Assembly: GCF_006345805.1 (NCBI RefSeq)
Contig: NC_043015.1
Span: 372,001 to 436,000, forward strand
Reading direction: 5' to 3'
Origin: Octopus sinensis
Taxonomy: Eukaryota
DNA length: 64,000 nucleotides
Below, in pieces: positions 41,286-54,029 of the stretch. Within the stretch, counting starts at the first letter, position 1, and every line of letters begins with the position of its first letter. The notes below the pieces were generated by a model. The model was not told the DNA's origin, did not search any database, and worked only from the letters and a program-made list of their open reading frames with translations. A program made the translations under genes and the position numbers.

Positions 41286-41333
41286 AATGAACGCGGTACC
41301 ATGCGCCTGGAAAGCAAACTTCTTACTATGCAT

Positions 41334-41376
<43 letters not shown>

Positions 41377-41496
41377 AACGTTGCTAAGAATGCATGTATG
41401 CAACTGTGTATGTGTTTGTATGCAAGGCGTTTGCGATTTGTCATTTGTGTCATACATATTTATATATATGCAATTTGCGTATGTAATGTATATTAT

Positions 41497-41879
41497 GAGT
41501 GGCTGTGTGGTAAGTAGCTTGCTTATGAACCACATGGTTCCGGGTTCAGTCCTACTGCGTTGCACCTTTGGCATGTGTCTTCTGCTATAGCCTCGGGCCG
41601 ACCAAAGCCTTGCGAGTGGATTTGGTATGCAGAAACTGAAAGAAGCCCATCGTATATATGTGTATATATATATATGTGTGTGTATATGTTTATGCGTCTA
41701 TGGTTGTCCCCCAACATCGCTTGACAACCGATGCTGGTGTGTTTGCGTCCCCGTAACTTAGCGGTTCGGTAAAAGAGACGGAATGAATAAGTACTAGTCT
41801 TACAAAGAATAAGACCTGGGGTAGATTTACTCGACTAAAGGTGGTGCTCCATCATGGCCACAGTCAAATGACTGAAACA
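41497..41879 (+). mobile_element. SINE family A, full length
   Basis: Full-length homology to the A consensus. Confidence 0.9.
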
Positions 41880-43217
41880 TGTATGTAATATATGAACGCA
41901 ATGTATGTAATAGAACCGAACGACTATTTTATTGAGGGTCTGAGTCAAAGGAGATAAGTTGGTCCTTTTTGTAGAGACATCACCACAAAATGCTGCTGGG
42001 AAATAGGATTAAGAAGAATCTACCACTGAATCGGTTCAGAGGTCGACACCCTGTTGACACAACCCGCTGCGACTCTTACAAGTTGTACGTTACTGTCTAA
42101 GTCGCTCAAAAAATATATATCACGACAATCAAATTGACTGGTTCGGTTAAACTGAAATAGAAAAAAAAAAAAGAAAAGAAGAAAATGAATCTAAAATAAT
42201 TACAAAAAGAAGACAACAAGACTATCAACAAAAACAATTAAGAAACGACATATAAAGCAACAACGGAAAACGAGGTCAAAATCTAAAAAGAAAATAGCAA
42301 TAACTAAGTTGCTAGCTAAATAAATAAATACAAACATATATAACAGACGTTAATTTAAATTCTTAGTGTTGTATGTGAAAGTGATAGGTGCCCCAATCAG
42401 GTGTACTTCAGAAGGTAAGAGAAATAAATAAAGAGTGAGTGGTGAGAGAATAAGAGAATGTGAGTGAGATGGAGAGAGGGAGAGAGAGAGAGAGACAGAC
42501 CGACAGAAATACATAGAGAGAGAGAGAGAGAGAGGCAGACAGACAGAAATACAGAGAGACAGACAGACAGACAGTGAGCGAGATTGAGCGAGTGAGAGAA
42601 AGGAAAAACTGTCATGTTATGTGACATAGATTTTGTGTTTCTTCATATGACCCAGTTCAGAAAAGAACAACAACGACAGGAACAGCAACTTAGGACAACA
42701 ACACACAAACACTTACAAACACATTTAGATTTACATACGCTCACAGACACATATACATAGATGCGTGTATACACATATACACATAGAGCTAGAAAGAATA
42801 TGAGAATTCACATTTAACGGAATGAGAAGGTGGTTAGCGTAAACTGAGATTTTGTGTGTGTGTGTTATTGCACAACAGTAAGCCTAAATAAACACTAAAG
42901 AATTGTATTATGTTCCTGCAGTTCTTAGCCCCATGTGACCTTATGAACTCTTCTTGTACAGATGTTAGATGTGTCAGAGGAGGAAGAGGAGCCGATACGT
43001 AGGATAGTCGATTTTAGCAGAGTATCCAAATCATAGACAAAATGCAGTCGGGATCCTTTCTAAATACCATATCTAACATAGAAAAAAAAAAAAAAAGAAG
43101 CGATCTTTTTAAAGTGCGGCCATTCTGATGATAAGCCATGCGTTGTACAACATACTTCTCGCGAAAAGTTGACCAGTCCTGGTTTGAAAATTCCGTATTC
43201 CAATATCTGCTAAGTTT

Positions 43218-43540
43218 CCTATTTCTTTATTGCCCACAAGGGGCCAAACACAGAGGGGACAAACAAGGACAGACAAATGGATTAAGTCGATTACATCGAC
43301 CCCAGTGCGTAACTGGTACTTATTTAATTGACTCCGAAAGGATGAAAGGCAAAAATCGACCTCGGCGGAATTTGAGCTCAGAACGTAACGGCAGACGAAA
43401 TACCTATTTCTTTACTACCAACAAGGGGCTAAACACGGAAAGGACAAACAAGGACATACAAACGGATTAAGTCGATTATATCGACCCCAGTGCGTAACTG
43501 GTACTTATTTAATCGACCCCGAAAGGATGAAAGGCAAAGT
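43218..43540 (-). mobile_element. SINE family B dimer, headless
   Basis: Two bodies with the GAAATACCTATTTC junction at about 43397-43410. Confidence 0.9.
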
Positions 43541-43569
43541 TTACATGTATACATATATGTATATATATA

Positions 43570-43627
<58 letters not shown>

Positions 43628-43640
43628 TATATATAATATA

Positions 43641-43683
<43 letters not shown>

Positions 43684-44227
43684 TATATATATGCTTATAT
43701 ATGCGTGTATGTATGTATGCATATATATTCATATTGCAAACACACAAAAGCATATAAAACGCACACTCAGACACTCATAATGTGTGCATGTTCATATGTA
43801 TGTGTTTGTGCGTGTGAGTGTGCGAGCGAGTGAGTGTATGAGTGAGTGAGTCAGTGTGTGTGTGTATGTGTGTGTGTGTGTGTGTGTGTGCTTGTGTGTG
43901 TGTTTGTGTTAAAATGCTACAGACTTGCAGGACTATAGCTAATGGGATTTCTGTACATTTCTACTCGAAACATAACCAAGATAAATTAGTCCCAGGAAAT
44001 TGTAAGGAATAGGAACGGATTAACAGAGAAAAATGTGTGGGTGGAATTAAAAACGGACACGAGATGTGGACGCAGCAGCAGATGTAGTGGTGGGTGTTAC
44101 TCCTTCTATATTTAGTTTTCAGTCATTTTCAATATCTGCCCCTCTCTTTTTATCCCTCAACATATTTTATTTCCTACATTTCTCCCGCTCCTTCAAATTC
44201 TCTCGCTCTCTCTTTCTCTCTTTCTCA

Positions 44228-44279
<52 letters not shown>

Positions 44280-44504
44280 TTCCTTCTCAACAACAAATGA
44301 ATTAATAGCGCTTGATTTGCAACTAAAAATAGTTACGATTATTAATCTAGTTATTTCTGTCGATAAGGTTGATACCTCTTCCTAGCTTTGATCAAATGAA
44401 AAGCATAACAGTAATCATATACTGCATTCTAAAGTACGCAGAATTCTTTAAAAATAAATAAATTTATGTAAAAAAATACATGATGCATATATACCATAAG
44501 AACG

Positions 44505-44557
<53 letters not shown>

Positions 44558-44656
44558 GAAAATAAAGGAAATTTGTTAACAAGTCGTTCAACTCCATTCT
44601 TTCATAAACTTATATTTTTAAAACATATATATATGTATGTATATATATATATTGTT

Positions 44657-44974
44657 GTGAACCCTTCTGTCATGACTGACCATGGGATTGCACCTAGAAT
44701 GTTACCCTCCCAGGCACAAGTCCGGACAAGTTTGTTTATCGAAGACCAGCAGTCGCCCATGCATACCGGCCTCCCCTCTCCAGTGTTATCCAAGGGATAG
44801 GCAAAGGCCAATACAGCTTGGCACCTGTGACATCACAACTCATTTCTACAGCTGGAGAAACGTGATATAAAGTGTCTTGCTCAAGAACACAAGACGCAGC
44901 CCGGTCCGGGAATCGAACTCACTACCTCATGATCATAAGCTCGACGCTCTAACTACTGAGCCATGTGCCTCCAC
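44657..44974 (-). mobile_element. SINE family D, full length
   Basis: Homologous to 9741-10082. Confidence 0.88.
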
Positions 44975-45864
44975 TGTCAATATTGGGACGATAGCTCGTA
45001 TTTTAAGCGTTTAATATGCGAAAAATTGCTAAAAGACGAGTAAACAACATATAATTTGCAGTTTAAGCATTCAAGAGATGGGTATCAAAAACACAATGTG
45101 AGCTATCCAACATCAGCGACAGCTGGGTACAAGCCGGTGAACACAGCGAAAACTATCAATGTAAATTTACGTGGCTTTTCGTAAACAAGAGTTGTAAATC
45201 TTGGCTTGCTACTATGGAAACAGGTACCTGTAATTCTATGGCTTTGGATTGGCTAAAATTAGCTCAGATTTACAGAGTTTAAACATTATAGACAGTTTCT
45301 TTATTGATTTATGGCGAAAATGAATTTCATGTCAATAATTAACCAACAGTTCTACATCAATACACCAAATTTGAAATCAACTGGGACAAAATTGAAGAAC
45401 TTGAAATGTGGCAGCCAAACGGGAAAGATCCATTTGTCATTAGATAAGCAATCAATAACACTCTACCTGTTATTTTATTTTCACCTTTGTCTTACGTTTA
45501 ATTTACTAAGACATCGTTTTATTCTTTTATATGCAAATGGATACACACATATACAATTCACATATAATTACATACATTCACACACACACACATATACATA
45601 CATGTATACATGCACACTTACACACACTCATATGTGCGTGCACTGCAACATTGATAAAGAAACAAGGTCAACATCACCACCCATAAATTACTGCAGCGCC
45701 AATCTTATATCGGTCCGTGTATTGTGGCGCAAAGTTATGCACATACAATACATGGCACACAGGCTTGACCTCTTTATATATTGCCCTCTGTTTTGGATAC
45801 CAAGTGCAGGTTCAATTATAGCCTACTCATGTCAGTAGAATACAGGATTTAGTATATATTGGTT

Positions 45865-46147
45865 TTAAAGTTTGGTACGAGGTCATCAATGTCGGGGGAG
45901 TGTGTAGGTCGATTACACTGACCCCAGTGCTCAACTGGTACTTATTCTTTTTATGTGCTAGGCACAAAGCTCGAAATTTCTGGGGAGGGGGCCAGTCGAC
46001 CAGATCGACCCCAGTACGTAATTGGTAGTTATTTTATAGAGCCCGAAAGGATGAAAGGCAAAAACTAACCTCGGCGAAAATTAAAGCTCAAAACATAAAG
46101 AAGGACAAAATGTCGGTGTGCTAACTTTTCTGCCAGCTCGCCGCCCA
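45865..46147 (-). mobile_element. Two adjacent SINE B copies
   Basis: Homology to the B consensus. Confidence 0.8.
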
Positions 46148-47996
46148 AAACTTACCATATAAAATCTAGAGAATATTATTAATTTTCCATTGTGAAACCA
46201 TCAGCAGCAAAGCTCCCGACTCCCTGACACCTTCTTGAATCTAGACCTGAGTTACCTTACTTCTTGATCCTGCTTGCAGATATTTTTCAGGTAAAGAAGC
46301 ACCCGCTTTTGTAACTTCCTACTGCTATGTCTTTTCTCTGAATTGGTTTCAACTCCCGTTAAAATATCTCTATTACTTTCAATGTTAACAAAGGAGTAAT
46401 TATTAGAACTTTATTAACATCATTTACTCTTGTTGCTATGTTGACCTTCCTACTTTAGCTTATTCGAGTATATTTTCATTTTCGCGTGTTATTGTTATAT
46501 GTATAGGTAAGTGTATTTTTTGTTTCATGAATATTTTTTCTCTTTATCCCGATTTAAAATTTGTTTATTTTGGTTTATATTAATCTTTTTGCAACTGAAT
46601 ACTTTATACTTATTGGCTGTTGCTTTTAGTGTTAAGTGTTTGTTATTTACATTATATTCTGTAGGTTGTATTGAATAGAATGCAAACACCGACCGTCTAT
46701 GATATGTAACTGTTTTTCTTGTACCAGCCAAAAATGGAGCTTGTTCGCATGCTCCAGCCAATTAGAAAATGAAGCTAAACCACCCCACAAATCATTCACC
46801 GAGAAGGATGGCACGTTCAGTGAGCAATATAGTCCATGATATGCGAGAAGACGAGGTCAAATTTGAAATTCTTTTGATAGTAGGTTAGTTAGATGAAACT
46901 CGATTTGGAATTAAAAGATTTTACGTGTATATTTTTGTAATGGGAAATATTCTCATAAAGGTTTCCAAACAAAAACTATTTTATTTCATTTTATTATATG
47001 TTTATTTTCTTTCTTACAATACTTATGTGTCATTAAAAATGATTACACTTTGAAACTTAATGTTTTCTGCACCGAAATAGCCTGGTTACGTAACACCAGT
47101 CGGTTACCTCGCCGCTATGTTTTGACAGCAACCAGTCTGTTATAGAAGGTACTTCAACACATAGTTTCATAAAACTTGACGAATTGCATATTTTCATTTT
47201 TCTATCAATAGCTTATTATTGTCCTTGTTAACATACTGCTTATATTGTATTTGTTAACAAACTGATTATATATTTGTTTAATTATTGTAATTGTAATATC
47301 AAACAAATATTGTATTTCCAAGGTTATTGTTGTTTGTGTAAGAGCTACAAACACTTTGCATTGTTATGATCCTATACGTACTACCTGAGTAAAACATATT
47401 CACTCTCAACAATTAGTATGTCTACAATGGAGGTGGGAACAGAAAAATGTTAAATTCAGAAGAGAATAAAGAAAAAAATAGATGAGACCTACTGATTTAG
47501 TGTGTATTCTTGACTAAATGTATTTCATATCATTTACATTGGACATATCGTTGAAAATGTGTACTTGTCTTTTATTACCATGTCTGTAAAAAGAGGCACG
47601 AAACATGTACGTATGTGAAATGTGGAGCATCGTGTGTTGGAAATGGAGTAATTTAAATGAGATTAACGAAGGGTAAGTAGTTATATGAACTGAATGTTAA
47701 GTGGACAATTAAGTTGGAGGATGCATGATGGAGTTCATCTCACGGAGCCATTGGTATTTCGGAGAGGATGATGCGAAAACACCGCGAATTTGCTGGAGAT
47801 TGTTTTCGCAAAGGACCGACAATTTCAGTTGTAGCTTAGCGGTCGAGAAAGATTCGGAAGAGTGCGATGAACAAATGATCCTTATCTTACCGGATTTGTT
47901 TTAGAATTGTTCACTACGAAGGGAGGATATTAAGTTTAAGGATAGGAAGCAATCTTCCAAGCGTTGTTGACAGATATTTGAATCATTTCTGACATT

Positions 47997-48040
<44 letters not shown>

Positions 48041-48109
48041 ATACACACACACATACACACACACACACACACACTCACACATACACACACACACCACACA
48101 CACACACAC

Positions 48110-48142
<33 letters not shown>

Positions 48143-48209
48143 TACACACACATATACACAGAATGTAACACGGAAATATGTCCATATGTATATGAGCATA
48201 TATATGTAC

Positions 48210-48242
<33 letters not shown>

Positions 48243-48252
48243 AGTATATATA

Positions 48253-48369
48253 TAAAATTTAAAGGACTGACCACTAACAGTGGACTGTCAATATGCTAGA
48301 TATAGACGTCAAAATCTCTATTCTAGCATATTGACTGTCTACTTTTAGTGGTCAGTCCTTTAAATTTTG
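48253..48369. mobile_element. 117 bp palindromic MITE-like element
   Basis: ~52 bp arms AAAATTTAAAGGACTGACCACTAA... / ...TTAGTGGTCAGTCCTTTAAATTTT with 3 mismatches and 1 indel, 10 nt loop, TA on both sides. Confidence 0.8.
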
Positions 48370-48456
48370 TATGTAAAAAATATTTTCATCTTCGGATTTT
48401 TTTAATATGCTTGGCCACTGGTTTTAATTGATTAATATCAATTTCTACCCTTATTC

Positions 48457-48503
<47 letters not shown>

Positions 48504-48511
48504 ATATATAT

Positions 48512-48616
48512 ATAACGGGAAGCTTTATGAAAATAAACAAAAGACGAAGGCAGGTGGAATACAAACAAACAATTGTATTAGTATGGCGCACAGGAATATA
48601 AATAAAACAATTCTTC
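48512..48616. mobile_element. Probable Penelope-like pseudo-LTR fragment of a second family, embedded in (TA)n
   Basis: ACGGGAAGCTTTATGAAAATAAACAAAAGACGAAGGCAGGTGG..., recalled from memory as a recurrent TA-embedded repeat; class is inference. Confidence 0.4.
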
Positions 48617-49034
48617 ATATATATATATATATATATAATCAACTACACTTAACTAAGGGTGTGAATAACACTAACATTGCTAGAAACAGAAGCTAAACTT
48701 CTCCAGTTCTGTTACAAAGCACATAACATATACTCTGTAACAGCATTGGACTATTCTAGCTCATATGTCTGTGCAGAATTGACAGAGAAAGCAAAAGTAA
48801 TTGATACTGGGATATCTACCCCGCACTTTGTAGTTTTACAAATAGGGACGACTATCTATTTTTCTTTGGGTGTGTGTTTTTTTAGTATATTTGCTACATT
48901 TTTCCGTACGTGTTTATATATAGTGCGAGACGAGTGGTTTTCGATAGATTTAGCTCTTCTTTCTAGCAAACAGGTGCATATTGTACCCTGACATTCAACA
49001 CACACACGCACACTCGACAAAGCGCATAAATGCA

Positions 49035-49175
49035 AAACAAGGTGAAGAAATTAATACTCGAATACCAACGGCAGATTAATATGCTTTTTGTTAAAGCTGA
49101 AACAAATCTTCAAAATCTGATACTCAATTTAACGTTACCGTTCATCAGACAATTTGTGATAATACTAAATCAAAA
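49035..49175 (-). mobile_element. Old copy of the 55448-55630 Penelope-like family with a decayed hammerhead
   Basis: AAACAAGGTGAAG...TACTCGAATACC...ATATGCTTT matches the family; minus strand 49117-49151 reads UGU CUGAUGA ACG GUAA CGU UAAA. Confidence 0.6.
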
Positions 49176-49263
49176 TTCTGATGCTTAATGTAATATGATA
49201 GAATATGATGCGCACGCAGTTTGTAGCTGTTTTATCAAATGAAACGTCAGTAAAAATATTCTT

Positions 49264-49889
49264 TTGTACACTAGGCATAAGGCCCGAACTCTTTGGAGAG
49301 GGGGCCAGTCGATTAGATCGACTCCAGTATGCAACTGGCATTGAATTTATGGACCCCGAAAGGGTGAAAGGTAAAGGCGACCTCAGCGGAATTTGAACTC
49401 AGAATGTAAAGACAGACGAAATATCGCTCAGCATTTCACTTAGCGTGCTAACGTTCCTCATTTAGTTATTGCCCACAAGGGGCTAAACACAGAGGGGACA
49501 AACGAGAGCACACAAACGGACTAAGTCGATTATATCGACCCCAGTGCATAACTGGTACTTATTTAATCGACCCCGAAAGAATGATAGGCAAAGTCGACTT
49601 CGGCGGAATTTGAACTCAGATCGTAGCGGCAGACGAAATACCTATTTCTTTACTGCCCACACGGGGCTACACACAGAGGGGACAAAAAAGGATAGACAAA
49701 AGGATTAAGTCAATTATATCGACCCCAGAGCGCAATTGGTCCTTAATTTATCGACCCTTAATTTATCCTTAATTTATCGAAAGGATAAAAAGCAATGTCA
49801 ACCTCAGCGGAATTTGCACTCAGAATGTAATGGCAGACAAAATACCACTAAGCATTTCACCTGCTAAAGTGTCTGCCAACTCACCGCCT
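49264..49889 (-). mobile_element. SINE B monomer followed by a SINE B dimer
   Basis: Junction GAAATACCTATTTC at about 49635-49648; head ends at 49889. Confidence 0.88.
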
Positions 49890-50949
49890 GCGTTTATAAG
49901 AATGTAAATGCAATATATTTACGTGAGTGGTGATATATTTAAAAGAAAAAAAATGCGTTCAGTATATCTGTGGTTGTGTGACTATCTTATGTCAAGTAAC
50001 GGAAAATAGTTTTGGTTCACAAATACAGACATCTTAATGAGCACTTAAAATTAAATAATTCATGTTGAAGGCAGACCTGAGAAAAAAATTCTGAAATCAT
50101 TATTTGAAGCTGTTTAATCAGTATCGAACATTCAAATATAATCTATAAGTAAAGTCTGGTAGTTAGAATTTACCTTCTACGCAACTGAAGAGGTGTAATT
50201 ATGTCGAAACATCAGGAATTTTCATCCCACCTACCAAAGATCTCTCGCCTTCCTTAATACATTCTTGATCCGCTAATGTTCTGAAATTATCTACTTGAAA
50301 TGAAAGAAGTAAAAATAATTCTCGTTATCTCTAGATTCAGTTCCTTTCATTTTGGATTTAATTTCGATTTTTCAAAATTTCCTTAGTTCTAAATTTAGGA
50401 TGCTGTCACATAGATTACTAAATACAAAATATTTATATTCGAACACGAGAAATATAAACACAAAAGCATTGTTTCTATATAACAATACATACAAACAGAC
50501 CAAGCTAAAAGTGCATTAAGGAAGCACATTCCAAATAAAATTGTGACGTGAATGCAAGGCTTGTAAGCTATCCCGTTATCCGCCGCATGAGTAGCACTTA
50601 TATCTCCTGAACTACGTAGACTACAACCTCGTATACTAACACAGCACTGAAGGGGAATCATTGATTTATGCACTAAAATCTGTTACCGTTTCTTTCAATG
50701 TTAAGGCCTCTATAAAATATCACTCTCTGATTTGTTTTCACACTTTATTTTTCTGTCTCTTTTTCTCTCTCCCCCTCTCTCTCTCTCTCTCGTGTGGATA
50801 GAATCAGATAAAGTTACATGTGTTTACAATATAAATAGTTTAACAGAAAATAAAAACTGTAAAGTGACCCAGATTGGGTCAATAACCTATGAGTTCACCC
50901 ATCTGCTCTTACGTATATGTATACAAATATACATAAATGCACATAAATG

Positions 50950-51266
50950 CGTAATATGTATGTATGTATGTATATATATATAAATATATGTACTATTATA
51001 TATATACATATACACATATATATACATATATACACTCATATATTTATATATGTATACACACATGAATATGTCTATACACATATAGACATATTTATATATA
51101 TATATACCTGTATGTATATACATATACATATATATATATATATACTTATATACAGATATATACATATATATACACACATACATATATGCATACATATATA
51201 CATATATATATATGCATATATACATATATACGTATATATATATTTATATATACATACGCGCACACA

Positions 51267-51317
<51 letters not shown>

Positions 51318-51350
51318 CATACATACATGCATACATACATATATGTGTAT
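50950..51350. repeat. Degenerate (TA/CA/TG) microsatellite field
   Basis: Direct reading; similar field at 56420-56830. Confidence 0.92.
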
Positions 51351-51611
51351 GTGTGTGTTTGTGTAATGTATTGTTCCGTTGCTTGTGGTTCCCATTTAAA
51401 TTATACAGTGACAGATAAATATCATTTTGATATCCCCACCATTCAAATTCAATGTGCAGTTATTTTACCAGCCTCTGAATATTCAAATCTCGCTCCAGCT
51501 GCTATAGTGTGTTCTGTATTTCCAAGGAATCAGACAAACTCAAAATACAAAGATTGTTTTTTACTCTTTGAGAAAAAGTGTAACAGAACGACGTATATTT
51601 GAAGGAATACA

Positions 51612-51860
51612 CTTCATATCATATCATATCATATCATGTTAAGTCCAATTTGATCCCGGTGACCAGTCAATTCAATGCTCCTCAGTCCTCCAAAATCTCT
51701 GCAACAGTTTCTTTAATGTTTTTGTTCCCGTGTGAGTGTAGCGCATACTCAAGAAGACCTGTCTCTTGTTTTACTTTGTGCCGTTTTCGTTCCAACATCA
51801 GTAGTCCTTTGCCTATTTTATAATATATATTCTGCAAAATATGGTATACTTCTATATAAA
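51612..51860 (-). mobile_element. Possible RTE-type LINE 3' end with (ATATG)n tail
   Basis: Minus strand ends ...GGTCACCGGGATCAAATTGGACTTAAC(ATGAT)n; only weak protein similarity. Confidence 0.35.
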
Positions 51861-52276
51861 TCAGTGTACGATTGAACTCGTAGGAGAACATTAAAAGCCA
51901 CGTTAAATTGGAAGTTAATTCTCTAAGTATTTTGAACCGGTTTTATGTTAATTCAGCTGGATTGAACTGGAAGTATCATACTCTGAGAGATCATTGAATC
52001 CGTATAAGTGTAAGCCAATAACAGAGTAGTAAGCATATCGATCTAAAATTGCAGGTATTTTTCACTCAAATTATACACTACCGTTGCAAAAAAGCGAGAG
52101 ACTTATTGTGTTACTGTTTTATTTCATTGATCATCGGTAAATACTCAATTTATCCTTAAACCTTGAACGGTGGAAATGTGTTGCACGAACGTGTATGCCA
52201 AACGGAAAAAAAAAAAAAGAACGTCGCGTTTTCATAAGTTAATTGTTATAGTTATCTTTATTTTGAATAAAGTCTT

Positions 52277-52450
52277 AGGAGTGGCTGTGTAAATAACTGG
52301 TAAATAACTTACTTACCAACCACATGGTTCCGGGTTCAGTCCCACTGCGTGGCACCTTGGGCAAGTGTCTTCTACTATAGCCTCAGGCCAACCAAAGCCT
52401 TGTGAGTGGATTTGGTGGACGGAAACTGAAAGAAGTCCGTCGTATATATA
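52277..52450 (+). mobile_element. SINE family A 5' half only
   Basis: Head through GAAAGAAGTCCGTCGTATATA; no A 3' half follows. Confidence 0.88.
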
Positions 52451-52457
52451 TTATATA

Positions 52458-52950
52458 ACAAATGGACCCACATGGTGCAGTCATCGAGTCGACAGAGTAC
52501 TGGAGTCGGAGGAGAAATGTAAGGTTTTTGTGGGACTTTCCTATTCAAACGTACAGGAAATTAGAAAGTAATAGACCGGACATAAAAATTATAGATAAGG
52601 ATATGCGAAGTTGTTTACTGATCGACCCATCATGCTCATTTCATTCCAATGATCATAAAGGTCGTGCATATAACTTTTGCGATGGGAACATTAAGCTAAG
52701 ATATACAGAAATGGCTGGAAAAACTGGAGTAGAATGCCCTGAAGTGCTCGTACAGAAAGTTTGCCTGTTAAGGACAGCAAGGATTATTAGAGGGTTCAAA
52801 GCATTCGAAAGACTGCTAAAAACTGGCGGATACATAAGGTTACAGTTAGTAACCCGCTACCCATATAAATTCTACCAGGAATATGACCGGACCTGAGCCA
52901 AACCAAGATAATAATAATAATAATAATAAAAAAAATTAAAATAATAATAA
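52458..52950 (+). mobile_element. R4/Dong-type non-LTR retrotransposon 3' end (restriction-like endonuclease region) with (TAA)n tail
   Basis: HRVDRVLE, LWDFPIQTYRKLESNRPDIKIIDK..CLLID, LVQKVCLLRTARII match the REL motif LWDFxIQTD..I..NRPDIV..D...C.IID and the QKAxLLGTARI C-terminus. Confidence 0.85.
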
Positions 52951-52965
52951 TTGTTATTATTATTA

Positions 52966-53214
52966 TTTCAAATTTTTGCCACAATAACAGCTTGGGTGTG
53001 GTGGGGATGTGTCGATTACATCGATCCCAGTGTTTAACTGGTACTTATTTTATCGACCCCGAAAGTTTGACAGGTAAAGTCGACCTCGGTGGAATTTGAA
53101 CTCGGAACGATGCAGCAGACAAAATACAGCATAGCATTTCGCCCGGTGTGCTAACGATGCTGCCAGCTCGCTACCTTAACAACAACAACAACAACAATAA
53201 TGATAATAATAATG

Positions 53215-53266
<52 letters not shown>

Positions 53267-53497
53267 TAATAATAATGATAATAATAATAACAATAACAAT
53301 CTTTTCTGCCATAAGCAGAAGGTCTGAAATTTGGGGAAAGAGGATGAGTCGATTACGTCGACCCCAGTACTCAACTGGTACTTAATTATCAAACCCGAAA
53401 GGTTAAATGCAAAGTCGACCTCGGCGGAGTTTGAACTCAGAGCATTAAGATGGAAGAAATGCTACTAAGAAACTTTTCGTCCAGCGTACTAACGATT
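52966..53497 (-). mobile_element. Two SINE B monomers separated by (AAT)n
   Basis: Copies at about 52966-53177 and 53302-53497. Confidence 0.87.
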
Positions 53498-53793
53498 AAT
53501 AATAAGGAAATTGATGACTCTGCTAGAAGATGTGTCACTTTGCGTGCTTTTCAACGACGGCTGAGTCCTGATTGTACCAACTCGTAATCTAAAGCATTCC
53601 AGCACTGCCTACCCCGTAATCTTATAACTAAGATTTTCGCAAAATGTCTTTAAAAGAGAGTAAAACGTGTCGATATATTCCGAGGGTGATTTTGTTGTTT
53701 TACTTAGTCATAGCGTGTAGGCCCTTGACTGGTCGAAATTGTCGTTAACAATGAAGATATTCAACCTGGTCGCTATTATATACTCACCGATAA

Positions 53794-54029
53794 GGCGGCG
53801 AGCTGGCAGAAACGTTAGCGCGCCGAGCGAAATGCTTAGCGGTATTTCGTCAGTCGTTACGTTCTGAGTTCAAATTCCACCGAGGTCGTCTTTGCCTTTC
53901 ATCCTTTCAGGTTCGATTAAATAAAGTACCAGTTACGCACTGGGGTCGATATAATCGACTTAATCCGTTTGTCTGTCCTTGTTTGTCCCTTCTATGTTTA
54001 GCCCCTTGTTGGTAGTAAAGAAAAATGAC
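53794..54029 (+). mobile_element. Young intact SINE B monomer with a 14 bp target-site duplication
   Basis: ATACTCACCGATAA at 53780-53793 and 54030-54043. Confidence 0.95.

Noticed and set aside
42962-43036. Acceptor followed by MLDVSEEEEEPIRRIVDFSRVSKS*
   Set aside because: Short, weak donor, no family recognised
47575-47665. CKKRHETCTYVKCGASC resembling a piggyBac C-terminal cysteine-rich domain
   Set aside because: Too short; no upstream transposase motifs or paired TTAA ends found
50185-50210. CTGAAGA-GGTGTAATTATGTC-GAAAC hammerhead-like core
   Set aside because: Stem II is mostly wobble pairs and no stem I or III partners were found nearby; at best a decayed remnant
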